This document shows, piece by piece, positions 20,270 through 30,275 of a DNA stretch of 64,000 nucleotides (position 1 is the first letter of the stretch; the number at the start of each line of letters is the position of its first letter). The position numbers and the translations under genes were made by a program. Source of the stretch: Acidobacteriota bacterium (lineage in GTDB: Bacteria; Acidobacteriota; Thermoanaerobaculia; Multivoradales; UBA5704). The notes beneath the pieces were generated by a model. That model had not been told where the DNA came from. It did not search any database and saw only the letters and a list, made by a program, of their open reading frames with translations. The stretch lies in assembly GCA_040005235.1 (NCBI GenBank), contig JBDTZG010000003.1, positions 32,001 to 96,000 on the forward strand, in the 5' to 3' direction.

Positions 20270-20668
20270 CTACTCGCTACGGTTGCGGCGCGCCCAAGCT
20301 CGGAACGAGCCGTCGGTTTCGTGGTCGTAGTAGGTCCGCTTGTGGTTGTCGGCGGCCCAGAGGGTCCACACCTCGGTGACGTAGTAGACCGGACCGTCGA
20401 AGTCGTTGCACTCGGCGCCGCCGCTCACGGTACGACCAAAAACGAGCACGTGGTCCCCCTCGTCCAGGCCTTCGACCGCGCCGGCCATCACTCGCACTTT
20501 CCCTTCGTGCTCGCGCACCAGAAGGCAGTCGCTGTCCTCGTCCCAGCTCAGGTAGCCGTCCGTGGTGAAATCCACGGCGAAGACAGCGCGCGGCAGGGCC
20601 AGGCCCGCCACCATCATCAAAATCGATCCGAACATCAGTGCAATCCGTTTACGAGCTTGGCTCTTCAT
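20270..20668 (-). CDS. Small secreted hypothetical protein (possibly OB-fold-like)
   Basis: RBS GAGG; signal peptide ending VFA; one Cys pair. Confidence 0.65.
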   Translation of the reverse strand: MKSQARKRIALMFGSILMMVAGLALPRAVFAVDFTTDGYLSWDEDSDCLLVREHEGKVRVMAGAVEGLDEGDHVLVFGRTVSGGAECNDFDGPVYYVTEVWTLWAADNHKRTYYDHETDGSFRAWARRNRSE

Positions 20669-20853
20669 CTCTTCACCTCTCCATGGAATACGGTCGCCGG
20701 GCACGCCCGGGATCTAACAAAGGGGAACCCGAATACGACGACGGGCGATTCTACAACGCCATCGCGCCGACGCCCCCAGGAGGGCCTGAATTGCCGCACC
20801 CGCCGTACCGGCTTGCGTATCATGCGTGGTGCCGAAAGTCTCCCCCGGGAGTC

Positions 20854-22833
20854 TCAAGGACCAAGGCACACATCCGGACAAGGGCAAGTCTTGCAAACCG
20901 CGTCGTGGCATTCCTTGGCATCCGGGCACCCCCGCTCGTTGAAGCGGCAGCCTTCGATGCAATGTCGGTCGGTCGCGGAGCAGCCTTCGCAGACCGTCCC
21001 GAACCGGCATTCGACGTCACTAAAGCAAGCCGTCCCCTGGCATGCACCCTCCGCGGCTACGGAGACTCCGGCCTTGTCCGCCTCGCAGTCGGTGGGATAG
21101 GTACGTCCGTCGCAGCCGCAGACCGGGACGTACCAGAGAACGCAATGCCCTGGCGTGATCCTGCGGCATACACCGTTGCCTGCCGTTCCACAAGCCGTCT
21201 CGATCGAGTAGTTGCAGTACTGGCCCTGGGGGCAGGCAGGGCTGTTGAGGCCGCAGTTGCGAGGGGGTAGCCCGGTCTTGCACTTGCCCGCTCCGGCCGC
21301 CGCGAAAACTCCCGAGAAATCGGCCTGGACCAGTACGTGGTCGAAGATCTCGACCTCATCGATGGCGCCTTCGAAGAATAGATTGGGCACCTGAAGAGCC
21401 CCGATCAACAGGTCGCCCCCCTTGGCGCTGCCCTTCAGGTCTTGCGCCGGGAAGGTCTCGACAAGCAGGCCGTCCACGTAAAGTTTAACCTCGAGGTTGG
21501 AACCCTCGGCATCGTGGATCACGGTCGCGCCCAAGAGGTGCCACTGTCCGTCCGCCAAATTGGCGCAGCCGGTGCAGATCCCTCCGGCCGTGGCGGTGGA
21601 TACGATGCCGGTGATCGCGGTCACGATAAACCCGGGCAAGCCGTCGCCAAGGAAGAATTGGTATCCGATCGGTTCGAGGTTGAGAGGATACGGGATGGTG
21701 TTAGTGACGATCGGCTGGAAGCCGACTGCCGAGGTCCGCACCCAAGCGTCGATGGAAAAGGCGGACGGTTTCACCAGGTCGATGCCCAAACCCACGCCCG
21801 AAGACACCCGAACCAAATCCCCCTGACCGTTGAAGAGCAGGGCCCCTCCGACCCGACCCGTCACCGGGTCCGGACGTGCGATGGCGCCGTCATGCGGGCC
21901 CGACGCGTGACCGGCGATGTCCGGGGCCAGGGTCCCGGCGCTTTCGTCGAGAGGCCACCAAGCGATAGGAGTGCAACCCGGCCGGCGGCATTTACACTTG
22001 CCGGCGGACCGGGCTGCGAAGATGGCCGCAACCTCGCTCGGGATGAGAGCGCGATTGAAGAGCTCCACTTCGTCCAGAAGGCCGTCCCAGAAGCCGGACC
22101 TGCCGAAGGAACGCGCCCCCATCCGGAGCGGAAACGTATTGTCGAGCGAGCGGCCGGCATAAGCACCTGGATCAAAACGAGGTAGGACTTCGGCGCCATT
22201 CAGGTAGAAGCGGACTCCGTCGGCTTGGTCGCGGTCCACTGTCACAGCAACGTGGTACGGCATGCCCGTGCCCACGAATGCGTTCGAGACGTAATTGGTG
22301 TAGTTGTTCGCGCCGCCCGCAAGTTGGAGGCTCAGGCGCCCTTGACTGATGAAAAGGCTATAGCCTCTCGGCTCCGAGCTTCGTTTGTCCACGATGACGC
22401 GCACGCCGGTGCTCGAGGACGTCTGAATCCAGGCATCGATCGAGAAGTCGCCGATTCCGATATCCAAGAGAGAGCTGTCGGGGATCTGCACATAGTCGTC
22501 GATCCGGTCGAAGGACAGCCCGTGGTCCACGACCCCCGAGACCCGGGCGGGCCCCCCCACGAGTTTCCCGTTGTTGCCCGCGACCAGATCGAACGCGGTG
22601 GCGCCCGAATCTTCGTCGAGCGCCCACCAGGCCACGAGCTGGGACGGGGCTCCGATGCAGTTCGCGGGACTATTGTTAATAGAGCGTCCGACCCTGGGGC
22701 TGGGGTCGATCGCGGTTGGGAGCTCGGCACCTCGCAGCAGGGACGCCCCGCCGACGAGGCCTGCCGCAATGAGCGCCACGAAGAGCGGTGGAATGAGGCG
22801 AGACCGGCTTGTCTTGACGCTTCCGGGGGACAT
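20854..22833 (-). CDS. Secreted protein with two LamG-like jellyroll domains, a Kazal-type inhibitor domain and a Cys-rich tail
   Basis: Two AWW(A/P)LDE...FSIDAW...G.(L/I)DEVE(L/I)F..AL modules each ending GKCK; Kazal CVLWYVPVCGCDGRTYPTDC. Confidence 0.85.
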   Translation of the reverse strand: MSPGSVKTSRSRLIPPLFVALIAAGLVGGASLLRGAELPTAIDPSPRVGRSINNSPANCIGAPSQLVAWWALDEDSGATAFDLVAGNNGKLVGGPARVSGVVDHGLSFDRIDDYVQIPDSSLLDIGIGDFSIDAWIQTSSSTGVRVIVDKRSSEPRGYSLFISQGRLSLQLAGGANNYTNYVSNAFVGTGMPYHVAVTVDRDQADGVRFYLNGAEVLPRFDPGAYAGRSLDNTFPLRMGARSFGRSGFWDGLLDEVELFNRALIPSEVAAIFAARSAGKCKCRRPGCTPIAWWPLDESAGTLAPDIAGHASGPHDGAIARPDPVTGRVGGALLFNGQGDLVRVSSGVGLGIDLVKPSAFSIDAWVRTSAVGFQPIVTNTIPYPLNLEPIGYQFFLGDGLPGFIVTAITGIVSTATAGGICTGCANLADGQWHLLGATVIHDAEGSNLEVKLYVDGLLVETFPAQDLKGSAKGGDLLIGALQVPNLFFEGAIDEVEIFDHVLVQADFSGVFAAAGAGKCKTGLPPRNCGLNSPACPQGQYCNYSIETACGTAGNGVCRRITPGHCVLWYVPVCGCDGRTYPTDCEADKAGVSVAAEGACQGTACFSDVECRFGTVCEGCSATDRHCIEGCRFNERGCPDAKECHDAVCKTCPCPDVCLGP

Positions 22834-23190
22834 GAGACCCTCCTTCAGAAGAGCACGAGATAGGGCTGTGGGCCTAGGTTCTTCTTAATTTTAGCTCTCC
22901 TGGAATAATTTTACAACTTTTGCACGCGAGCCGTCGCCATTCGCGCCGGAGGGCGAGAGTGCTGCGGCGAAGCTGCATTTGCGATCTCCTTTGCCGGGAA
23001 TGCCCCGCGCACGACCGGGAGACTCCTCTCGCCGTACGCGGCTTCCTCTTTCCTCGACGACCTGGGCGGCCCACGGATCTGAGAAGTTTTCTACGATCCT
23101 CCTAATACCGACGCTCCTTCCGAACGTCTTCTTCGTAGGCGGTAGGGCAGACGCTCGCCGTTCACTTCCTCTATGGAAAGGACGAAGACC

Positions 23191-23400
23191 ATGAAGCGCA
23201 AGCTCCAACTCCATCGTGACACGATCGTTCGCCTCACTCCCGTCGAGATTGAAGCCGCCCACGGCGGTCAGTTCGTCACCGTGACCCAGGATCGGAGCTG
23301 CCAGATCGGCTCCTGCGCTTGCAGCCAGCAAACCTGCGGCATCAGCTGCGGCGGAACCTGTTTCCAGCACACCTGCGTCGCTTACATCTGCAACCTCTAG
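23191..23400 (+). CDS. RiPP (lanthipeptide-like) precursor peptide, 69 aa
   Basis: Leader MKRKLQLHRDTIVRL...AAHGG, core with 8 Cys in S/T-C repeats; RBS GGAAAGGA; GC-rich hairpin follows the stop. Confidence 0.8.
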   Translation: MKRKLQLHRDTIVRLTPVEIEAAHGGQFVTVTQDRSCQIGSCACSQQTCGISCGGTCFQHTCVAYICNL

Positions 23401-23492
23401 AGGCAACGGCCGGCCGTCTGCCCCAGGGTGGGCGGCCGGGCTCCTTTGACACTCCGCTCCTCCTGGTCTAGCGTCCGCACGGGAGGAGCGAC

Positions 23493-24335
23493 ATGTCCAA
23501 GGTCCTGGTGCGGAGTTTCGGAATTTCCCTGGACGGCTTCCAGGCGGCGGCGCCACGATCTCGCTCCCAAACTCCCCGGCTCTTCCTCTTTGGCGTGATC
23601 GCCCTGGGGATCGCGGGCATCGCCTGCACCGTGGCGGCGGACCCGAAGTCTCCGTTTCTTGGAGAGTGGACGTTTCATACCAAGGGCAAGCGGAATGAGG
23701 CGCACCTTGCGCTGCTCAAAACCGGGGCTTGCCGCATGGAGCTCGGCCAGGAGCTTTACCATTCTTGCAGTTGGCTGACCGAGTCGAACGGCGAGGCGAC
23801 GATCAATTACGGGAAATATCTCTCCCTGAGCTCCGCGAGCGCCAAAGTCGGGGGCGACGAACTGACTTTCAACTTTGGAAACAACCCCGAGGCCTACTGG
23901 GTCCTCACAAGAGTCGGGTCGCAAAAGGAAACCGACGTCCTCGATTTCTTTGAGGGAGAGACGCTGGTCGAGTCGGGAGACTTGAGGCACGGAATCGCTC
24001 AGTTGATCCGGTCGGCCGACCACGGAAACTCCCGTGCGCAGAACAGCCTCGCCTGGACCTACGCGACGAGCAAGCATCCGGAGGCCCTCGATGGCAAGAA
24101 GGCCGTCGCCTACGCAGAAAAAGCCATCGCCCAGGATCCGATTTTCGCCTATGTAGACACACTCGCCGCGGCTCTGGCTCGCGACGGTCAATTCGAGCGA
24201 GCTGCGAAGACCCAAGTAGAAGCCCTTGTGCTGCTCAATCAGAGCTCATTGGGTCCAGACCTGGAGTCAATCAAAACTCGATTCAATGATCGGCTGGCGC
24301 TTTACAAAGCGGGCCAGGCCTACATCGAGCCGTAA
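23493..24335 (+). CDS. Exported Sel1/TPR-repeat protein with a chimeric N-terminus
   Basis: SADHGNSRAQNSLAWTYAT, YVDTLAAALARDGQFERA; RBS GGAGGAG; first 16 aa resemble the start of a DHFR/RibD_C protein. Confidence 0.75.
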   Translation: MSKVLVRSFGISLDGFQAAAPRSRSQTPRLFLFGVIALGIAGIACTVAADPKSPFLGEWTFHTKGKRNEAHLALLKTGACRMELGQELYHSCSWLTESNGEATINYGKYLSLSSASAKVGGDELTFNFGNNPEAYWVLTRVGSQKETDVLDFFEGETLVESGDLRHGIAQLIRSADHGNSRAQNSLAWTYATSKHPEALDGKKAVAYAEKAIAQDPIFAYVDTLAAALARDGQFERAAKTQVEALVLLNQSSLGPDLESIKTRFNDRLALYKAGQAYIEP

Positions 24336-24407
24336 AGCCCCCGTAGACTACGCAGTTGACATCGCGCCCAACTCGTCGGATTACCGAAAGTGCGGGCCCC
24401 CAATCCC

Positions 24408-27104
24408 CTATTCGCAGCGCAGCGCGAGCGTCGGCGCGATCTGAGACGCTCTGCGCGCGGGCACGTAGGCCGCGAGCAGGGTCACGAGCACCATCAAGGG
24501 GACGATGACGAGATATGCCACGAAATCGACCCCGCCGGTATTGAACAGCATGGAATTCATCAGCTGCTCGACGGCAAAACCCATCGCGAGGCCGATTCCC
24601 GTCCCGATCCCTACGAGGGTGAGGCCCTTGCCCATGACCAGGCGCAGGACGGCGAACGGTCCCGCTCCGATCGCCATCCGAATGCCGATCTCGCGAGTCC
24701 GGCGGCTCACGTTGTAGGCCACCAGTCCGTACAGGCCCGCGATCGCCAGCAGGAGACCCACCCCGCCCATTGCACCGACGAGCCGGATCGCGGCGCGCGG
24801 GCCGTCCACGGCGTGGTAGTTGTAGAGATCCTCGTAACTCCTCGTCTCGACGATCGGCAGGTTCGGAGCGAGCGTCCCGACGATCCGTTTGAGCGGCTCG
24901 ACGAGCTGCAGCGGATCGCCGCTCGAACGAAGCAGCAAGACCATCCGCTCTCGGTGGTGCTGGGCGAACGGAAGGTAGACGAAATCCATCGGCCGTTCGC
25001 CGGTCTCGCGATATTGGATCGTCTGGGCGACGCCGACGATCTCGACCGGCATGCCGGCGTGCCCGTCGAGCCGGACGCGCTTGCCCACTGCATCCCCTTT
25101 TGGCCAGTAATGATGCGCGAATTGCTCGTTCACCACCGCGACGCGTGGCGTATCGCCGCGATCCGAAGCCAGGAAACCACGGCCCCGGAGAATCCGAATC
25201 TTCATCGTGTCGAAGAACCCTTCGTCCACGGGGTCCATCGCCGAAGTGAAGCTCTCCCGATCCCGCGGCATCTGAAACCCTTCCGGCACGAAGGAGAAGG
25301 CTTCGAAACCGTTCAGGCCGAGCGGTGGATTGCTGGTGAACGCGGCGCTCTCGACGCCGGGGGTTTCCCGGACCCGTTCGGCCAGCTGCTGATAAAACCG
25401 CTCGGTCTCTCCCGCATCGTATTGCACCAGACGCGGATCGAACCGGGCCATCAACAGGTGATCCTTTGCGAACCCGGTCGCCTGGATCAGGCTATGTTGG
25501 AAACTCCGAGCCATCAAGAAAGCCGCGGTGAGCAGCATCAGCGACATCGCGACTTGGGCGATCACCAGGACGTTTCGACCCCACAGCCGTTTCTTTCCCG
25601 GCAGGTCGACGTCGGCGCTCTTCAAACCGTTCGCGAGATCCGCGCGCGTGCTCTGCAAGGCCGGCGTCAGGCCGCAAAAGAACGCGCTCGCGAGCGACAC
25701 CGCTAGGCTCGCGACCAGCACGCGCGCATCCATTCGAAACGGGATCGTGACCGGCAAATCGGTCGGCACGCTAAACTTGCTGAACAACGCGATGCCAACG
25801 TAGCCGACGACGAGGCCGCCCAATCCACCCAGGATGGCGAGAATCAAACTCTCGGTGAGGAGCAGCCGGATCAGGCGGAAGCGTCCGGCGCCCAGCGCCA
25901 ACCGGACGGCGATTTCGCGGGTGCGCGTACGAGCCCGGCTCAACAGGAGCCCCGCCACGTTGGTGCAGGCCACCAGGAGCACCGCCAGCGCCAAGATCAA
26001 GAAGATCACGCTGAATTTCCAGTTGACGTCGTCGTCGGCCGTCCGCATTTCGAATTGGGTGCGGACCGTCGCGCCGCGGTCGCGGTTCAACGCCGGAAAC
26101 TCCCGCTCGAAATTCTGAGCGATCCCGGCCAGCTCGGTACGAGCCTGGGCTAACGTCACAGCCGGTTTCAAGCGCGCCTTCACGTTCAGCTCGCGATCGT
26201 CCCGGTCCTCGAAGAAACTCTTCTCCGGGTGGGTCGAAAACGTCCGCGCCATCGCCAAAGGCACGTAGAAATCGGGACGCGAGTAGATCTGCAGCCCTGG
26301 AAACGATTCCGGCGCGACGCCGATGACGGTGAGCTCCGTGCCGTTGAGGCGAATTCTCCGGCCCACCACGGCAGGGTCGCTCGCGAACTGGTTCTTCCAA
26401 TAACCCGAACCGAGCACCACCACCGCATCGCGGCCGGGCACCTGGTCTTCGCTCGCCCGGAAATCACGCCCCAGCTGCGGCTGTACGCCCAGCACGGCAA
26501 GGTAGTTTCCGGACACCATCATGCCACCCTTGACCTGCGGCGTGGCGCCGGGTTCGACGGTCACGCCCACGGGCTCCGTGTCCGAGTAGGCGATCACGCC
26601 CTCGTAGCTTTTCGCGTGATCCCGGATGTCCAGAAATTCCCGATACGAAAAAGAATCGAGACTCTTGTCGCGGGACGTACTCATCAGGGTGACCACGTCG
26701 TTCGGATGGGGCACCGGGTACGGCCTGAAGATCAGCGCATCGACCATGCTGAAGGGCGTCGTGGTCATGCCGATCCCGAGCGCGAGCGTGATGACCACCA
26801 AAACCGCGAGTCCCGGCGTGCGGCGCAGGCTCACGATCGCGTATTGGACGTCGTCGAGAAAGTCCGTCAGCCAGTGAACGCGTCGCATTTCTCGCATCTC
26901 CACTTTTCGTTGTTCGAGGCCGCCCATCGCGCGCATCGCCTGGGTTCGCGCCTCTTTGGGCGAAAGCCCGGCGGCGACGCCTTCCTCGAACTTGTTCTCC
27001 AGATGGAACTGCAGCTCCTCGGCAAGCTCCTGCTCGACCCGGTTGCGGCGAAAGATCGATCGCAGCCGCAACGGCGCCGTGAACCACCAATGTTCGATTC
27101 GCAT
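24408..27104 (-). CDS. Acidobacterial duplicated orphan ABC permease (MacB_PCD/FtsX x2)
   Basis: EQELAEELQFHLE prefix, SLRRTPG, LLVACTNVAGLLL, RTREIGIRMAIGA, YVPARRASQIAPTLALRCE. Confidence 0.93.
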   Translation of the reverse strand: MRIEHWWFTAPLRLRSIFRRNRVEQELAEELQFHLENKFEEGVAAGLSPKEARTQAMRAMGGLEQRKVEMREMRRVHWLTDFLDDVQYAIVSLRRTPGLAVLVVITLALGIGMTTTPFSMVDALIFRPYPVPHPNDVVTLMSTSRDKSLDSFSYREFLDIRDHAKSYEGVIAYSDTEPVGVTVEPGATPQVKGGMMVSGNYLAVLGVQPQLGRDFRASEDQVPGRDAVVVLGSGYWKNQFASDPAVVGRRIRLNGTELTVIGVAPESFPGLQIYSRPDFYVPLAMARTFSTHPEKSFFEDRDDRELNVKARLKPAVTLAQARTELAGIAQNFEREFPALNRDRGATVRTQFEMRTADDDVNWKFSVIFLILALAVLLVACTNVAGLLLSRARTRTREIAVRLALGAGRFRLIRLLLTESLILAILGGLGGLVVGYVGIALFSKFSVPTDLPVTIPFRMDARVLVASLAVSLASAFFCGLTPALQSTRADLANGLKSADVDLPGKKRLWGRNVLVIAQVAMSLMLLTAAFLMARSFQHSLIQATGFAKDHLLMARFDPRLVQYDAGETERFYQQLAERVRETPGVESAAFTSNPPLGLNGFEAFSFVPEGFQMPRDRESFTSAMDPVDEGFFDTMKIRILRGRGFLASDRGDTPRVAVVNEQFAHHYWPKGDAVGKRVRLDGHAGMPVEIVGVAQTIQYRETGERPMDFVYLPFAQHHRERMVLLLRSSGDPLQLVEPLKRIVGTLAPNLPIVETRSYEDLYNYHAVDGPRAAIRLVGAMGGVGLLLAIAGLYGLVAYNVSRRTREIGIRMAIGAGPFAVLRLVMGKGLTLVGIGTGIGLAMGFAVEQLMNSMLFNTGGVDFVAYLVIVPLMVLVTLLAAYVPARRASQIAPTLALRCE

Positions 27105-27106
27105 GA

Positions 27107-27442
27107 TCAAGCCTCGCTGAGCTGGACGACGCGTGAAATGGCCGACGAGAGCCGCTCCCAGTTGGCGGTCTCCGATTCGAGCTGGTTTCGGCCCAGGCGG
27201 GTGAGCGAATAGAACTTCGCCCGCCGGTTGTTTTCCGTCTGCTTCCATTCTGCGGTGATCCAGCCCTCCTGTTCCAACTTATGGAGCGCCGGGTAGAGGG
27301 AGCCTTCGCTCACCTGGAGTACATCGTTGGAAATAGAGCGCAGGCGCAGACCGATGGCCCACCCATGCATAGGTTCGAGCGCCAGGATTTTCAGCAGCAG
27401 CAGATCGAGGGTACCGAGGACAAGGTCGTTGGGCTTACTCAT
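27107..27442 (-). CDS. PadR-family regulator (acidobacterial type)
   Basis: GTLDLLLLKIL, HGWAIG, EGSLYPALHKLE, NNRRAKFYSLT; directly upstream of the permease. Confidence 0.95.
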   Translation of the reverse strand: MSKPNDLVLGTLDLLLLKILALEPMHGWAIGLRLRSISNDVLQVSEGSLYPALHKLEQEGWITAEWKQTENNRRAKFYSLTRLGRNQLESETANWERLSSAISRVVQLSEA

Positions 27443-27489
27443 CTCGGTTACCGAGGGTACGACAGACTCCCCTCGGTAAGCAAGGGGAA
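27443..27489. promoter_or_regulatory. Putative PadR operator overlapping the promoter
   Basis: Inverted repeat TTACCGAGGG (27448-27457) / CCCTCGGTAA (27470-27479) immediately before the padR ATG. Confidence 0.55.
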
Positions 27490-27550
27490 AGTTTCAGGGC
27501 GAAACTTTTCCCGTTGAATCGATGACCGCCACCCCTTCCGGGCGGGAAGG

Positions 27551-29302
27551 TTACTTCGCCATATGAAGGTCGACCCGGCCGCCGGCCGCCCCCACCTCGA
27601 CCATACCGTGCGCCCGGCCGAGACCGTTCGCCGCCGTGACTTCGTACGTCCCCGGTTCAAGGCCGGTGAGCTGGAACTGTCCGCCGCGATCGGTCACGAA
27701 CGAGCTCTGCGGGGGGAGGAACGGTGTGACCGCAGCTCCCTTGCCGAGGGGGACCACCCTTCTCGCTTCGACGGTGACCCCGGCGGCGGGATTGCCTTGT
27801 GGATCGCGCAGGCGCCCCTCGATCGAGAGGCCGCGCGAGAGCACGACTTTTAGATTGGGAAGCCGGCCACCCGTCGCCAACTTCAGGCCCGGCAACCGGC
27901 CGGGGACGAAGCCGTTCGCGCGCGCTATGAGATCGAAGGCGCCGGGTTCGAGACTCCCCGCGTGAAAGCCTCCGTGGATGTCCGAGGTGGCCAGCCGCTG
28001 TTCCTTCTGCTCCGTGGTCCGTTCTCCACCGTCCGCGCTTTCCGTCTCGCGCAGGGCGAAGATCTCCGCTCCGCCGACCGGCTTTCCCGCCTCGTCGAGC
28101 AGAATTCCGGTGATCCCTGCGGCATCCTCCGGATCGGCCCGATCGAGACGGAGAAGGACCGGCAGGTCGCGCGGCCCCGGCACGACCCCGGCGATCTGAC
28201 GCCAGGCATGACCCGCCGCCGCGGCTCCAAACGTCGGCTTCCCCGAGCCGGCGACGGCGATCTCGAAGTTCCCCTGGTCGTCGGGATGAACCACGCCATC
28301 GAGCGCAACGCCTTCGCCGCCCACCCAGGCCAGGGCGTTCGACAAAGGTTTGCCGTCGATCGATTCGAGCGCCCTGCCGCGCGCCTTCCTCGGCGGACCG
28401 AGGCGAACTGAAATCGGTTTGCCGCCGACCGGAATTGCCATGGGAGCCACAACTTCGCCCCACGCGCCGCCTTCCGTCACGATCAGCAGAAGCGTGCCAG
28501 GCGCCGGAGAGAGAACGTCGGCGTGGCCTTCGTCGTCGAGAACCGCCACCGCCGATCCCAACGAATAGACCAGTGCGCCGGAGGCGGGCCGGCCCGCGGC
28601 GTCGCGCGCCGCGATCGCCAGGGCCGGCTGATCGGCCAAGCGCACCACCGCCCAAGGGGCGTCGGCTTCGACGTCCGTCGAGCCGAGTCCTGCCGCGGTC
28701 TCAGCCTGTACCTGGGTTTTTTCGCCTGCGCTGCGATTGACGATCGCCCGGCCCTGGCTGTCGGTCCGGACGCGCTCCGCCGCGGGACGCCAGGCGCCCG
28801 GATCGTCTGAAGCGGCCGCCCCACCGAACGGGACGGCGCGCACGGCGGCCCCGGCAACCGGTTGACCCGTCGGATCGAGCACCGTCACGGAGAGCGGCCG
28901 GAGGCCGGCCGGCACCATCGGCGGCAATTCGACCGGCTCCACCAGCGGCAGAAGGGGAATTTCGAGCGTCCGAAAACCCCGGGCTCGAAACGTAACCCGA
29001 TAGCAACCCGGCGCCGGGACGGACAGCTCGAACGTGCCATCCCCCACCGCCCGGGCGGACGCGAGCACCGCCGGCTCGTCCCCGCCGAAGGCCGCCCGGC
29101 GCGCGGCAAAGCTCAAGAAAGCCGGCCGAATCTCGACAAAGGCGGACGACGGAGGCGCGCTCGCGCCCTGGAGCGGCAGCACCCGGCCGCGAATCTTGAT
29201 CGGCCTGGCCGCAGGTTGGCCAAAAACTGCCCCGGACCAAAGAAGGCCGAGACACGCGGCCATGGCCGAGGGGCGGCGGCGGGCCGCTTTCGAGATCGAC
29301 AT
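27551..29302 (-). CDS. Secreted protein with carboxypeptidase regulatory-like (Ig-like) repeats
   Basis: Repeated I.G.(V/L).D..G.PV.GA.V and F.L.GLEPGTYEVTA modules; signal peptide. Confidence 0.8.
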   Translation of the reverse strand: MSISKAARRRPSAMAACLGLLWSGAVFGQPAARPIKIRGRVLPLQGASAPPSSAFVEIRPAFLSFAARRAAFGGDEPAVLASARAVGDGTFELSVPAPGCYRVTFRARGFRTLEIPLLPLVEPVELPPMVPAGLRPLSVTVLDPTGQPVAGAAVRAVPFGGAAASDDPGAWRPAAERVRTDSQGRAIVNRSAGEKTQVQAETAAGLGSTDVEADAPWAVVRLADQPALAIAARDAAGRPASGALVYSLGSAVAVLDDEGHADVLSPAPGTLLLIVTEGGAWGEVVAPMAIPVGGKPISVRLGPPRKARGRALESIDGKPLSNALAWVGGEGVALDGVVHPDDQGNFEIAVAGSGKPTFGAAAAGHAWRQIAGVVPGPRDLPVLLRLDRADPEDAAGITGILLDEAGKPVGGAEIFALRETESADGGERTTEQKEQRLATSDIHGGFHAGSLEPGAFDLIARANGFVPGRLPGLKLATGGRLPNLKVVLSRGLSIEGRLRDPQGNPAAGVTVEARRVVPLGKGAAVTPFLPPQSSFVTDRGGQFQLTGLEPGTYEVTAANGLGRAHGMVEVGAAGGRVDLHMAK

Positions 29303-29503
29303 GAAAACCTCTTCCCTGAGGGGCGTCGGAGACGAACAGGTCCCGCGAGCGCTGGGATTGTACGGGAACCTCCCGAGTCCCGAAGAATTGAGCCGGCAGC
29401 GATAGAATCGTCTCAATCCGCCGCTGCACCAGAAGTTTTTCGTCAATCCGGCAGAGCTCGGCACGGCAGTCTGATGGCTTTGGCGAAGGATCGAGGAGAA
29501 TGC

Positions 29504-29848
29504 ATGTCCAAGAGCATCCTGGTTCCCCTATTCATGCTTGTCTCCAGCTGCCTGATGGCCTTGGCGTGGCTGGGCCACCTGCGCTATCGCGACAGCATCG
29601 GCTTCTGGACCGCCCTCGGCGCGAGTTGGCTTCTGGTCCTGCCCGAGTACGTGCTCAACGTGGCGGCCACCCGGTTCGGCTACGGCACCTACAGCGGCGC
29701 CCAAATGGCAAGCTTTCACCTCGCCTTCGGCGTCGTCTGCGTCGCCCTCGTCTCGCGCTTCGTGCTGGACGAAAAGCTGGGCCTGCCCCAGATGGTCGGG
29801 TTCATGTTTCTGGGGGTCGCCATGGTGCTGATCACTTATCGACCTTGA
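29504..29848 (+). CDS. Small DMT-superfamily membrane protein (DUF486-like)
   Basis: MALAWLGHL, SWLLVLPEY, 4 TM segments; RBS GAGGAG. Confidence 0.8.
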   Translation: MSKSILVPLFMLVSSCLMALAWLGHLRYRDSIGFWTALGASWLLVLPEYVLNVAATRFGYGTYSGAQMASFHLAFGVVCVALVSRFVLDEKLGLPQMVGFMFLGVAMVLITYRP

Positions 29849-29940
29849 AGGATGGAGCGCACCCCTTCCGATTCGCGTTGTTTCCGGGGTGATCCCATGG
29901 GTGGCGGTTGTAGCTTCACTGTCCTGCGCAGCAATCGTTC

Positions 29941-30275
29941 ATCCGGCGGATTCCGCGAAAATCCGCCGGAGACGACGCCGAACGGCCCCGTAAAGCTGCT
30001 ATCGGCTGTCGACGGCGGCTCTGCGGTCTTCGAGAGTGGCTATCCAGCTCTGGATGCCGCCATCGCCCGTGGAACCCCGCTATCGAGAACGGGATAGCTG
30101 GCATTGCTCCTCGAAAGCCGCTATCGCTCGCGAAGAGCGACGTTGCGGCGGCTGCGAGCGGCAAGCAGTCTCGGATAGCCGCTCTACGTCAAGGAATCGC
30201 GCGTTTTTCCTTCTGCATCCCGGATTCCGCGCCGGACGCCCGAATCCAGCGGCGGAAAGCCGCTTTCGACGGTCA
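29941..30275. repeat. Degenerate ~20-bp-period intergenic repeat tract
   Basis: GCTATC-like motif at 29998, 30039, 30059 (GCCATC), 30079, 30120; hairpin TCCGGCGGAT...ATCCGCCGGA at 29942-29970. Confidence 0.4.
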
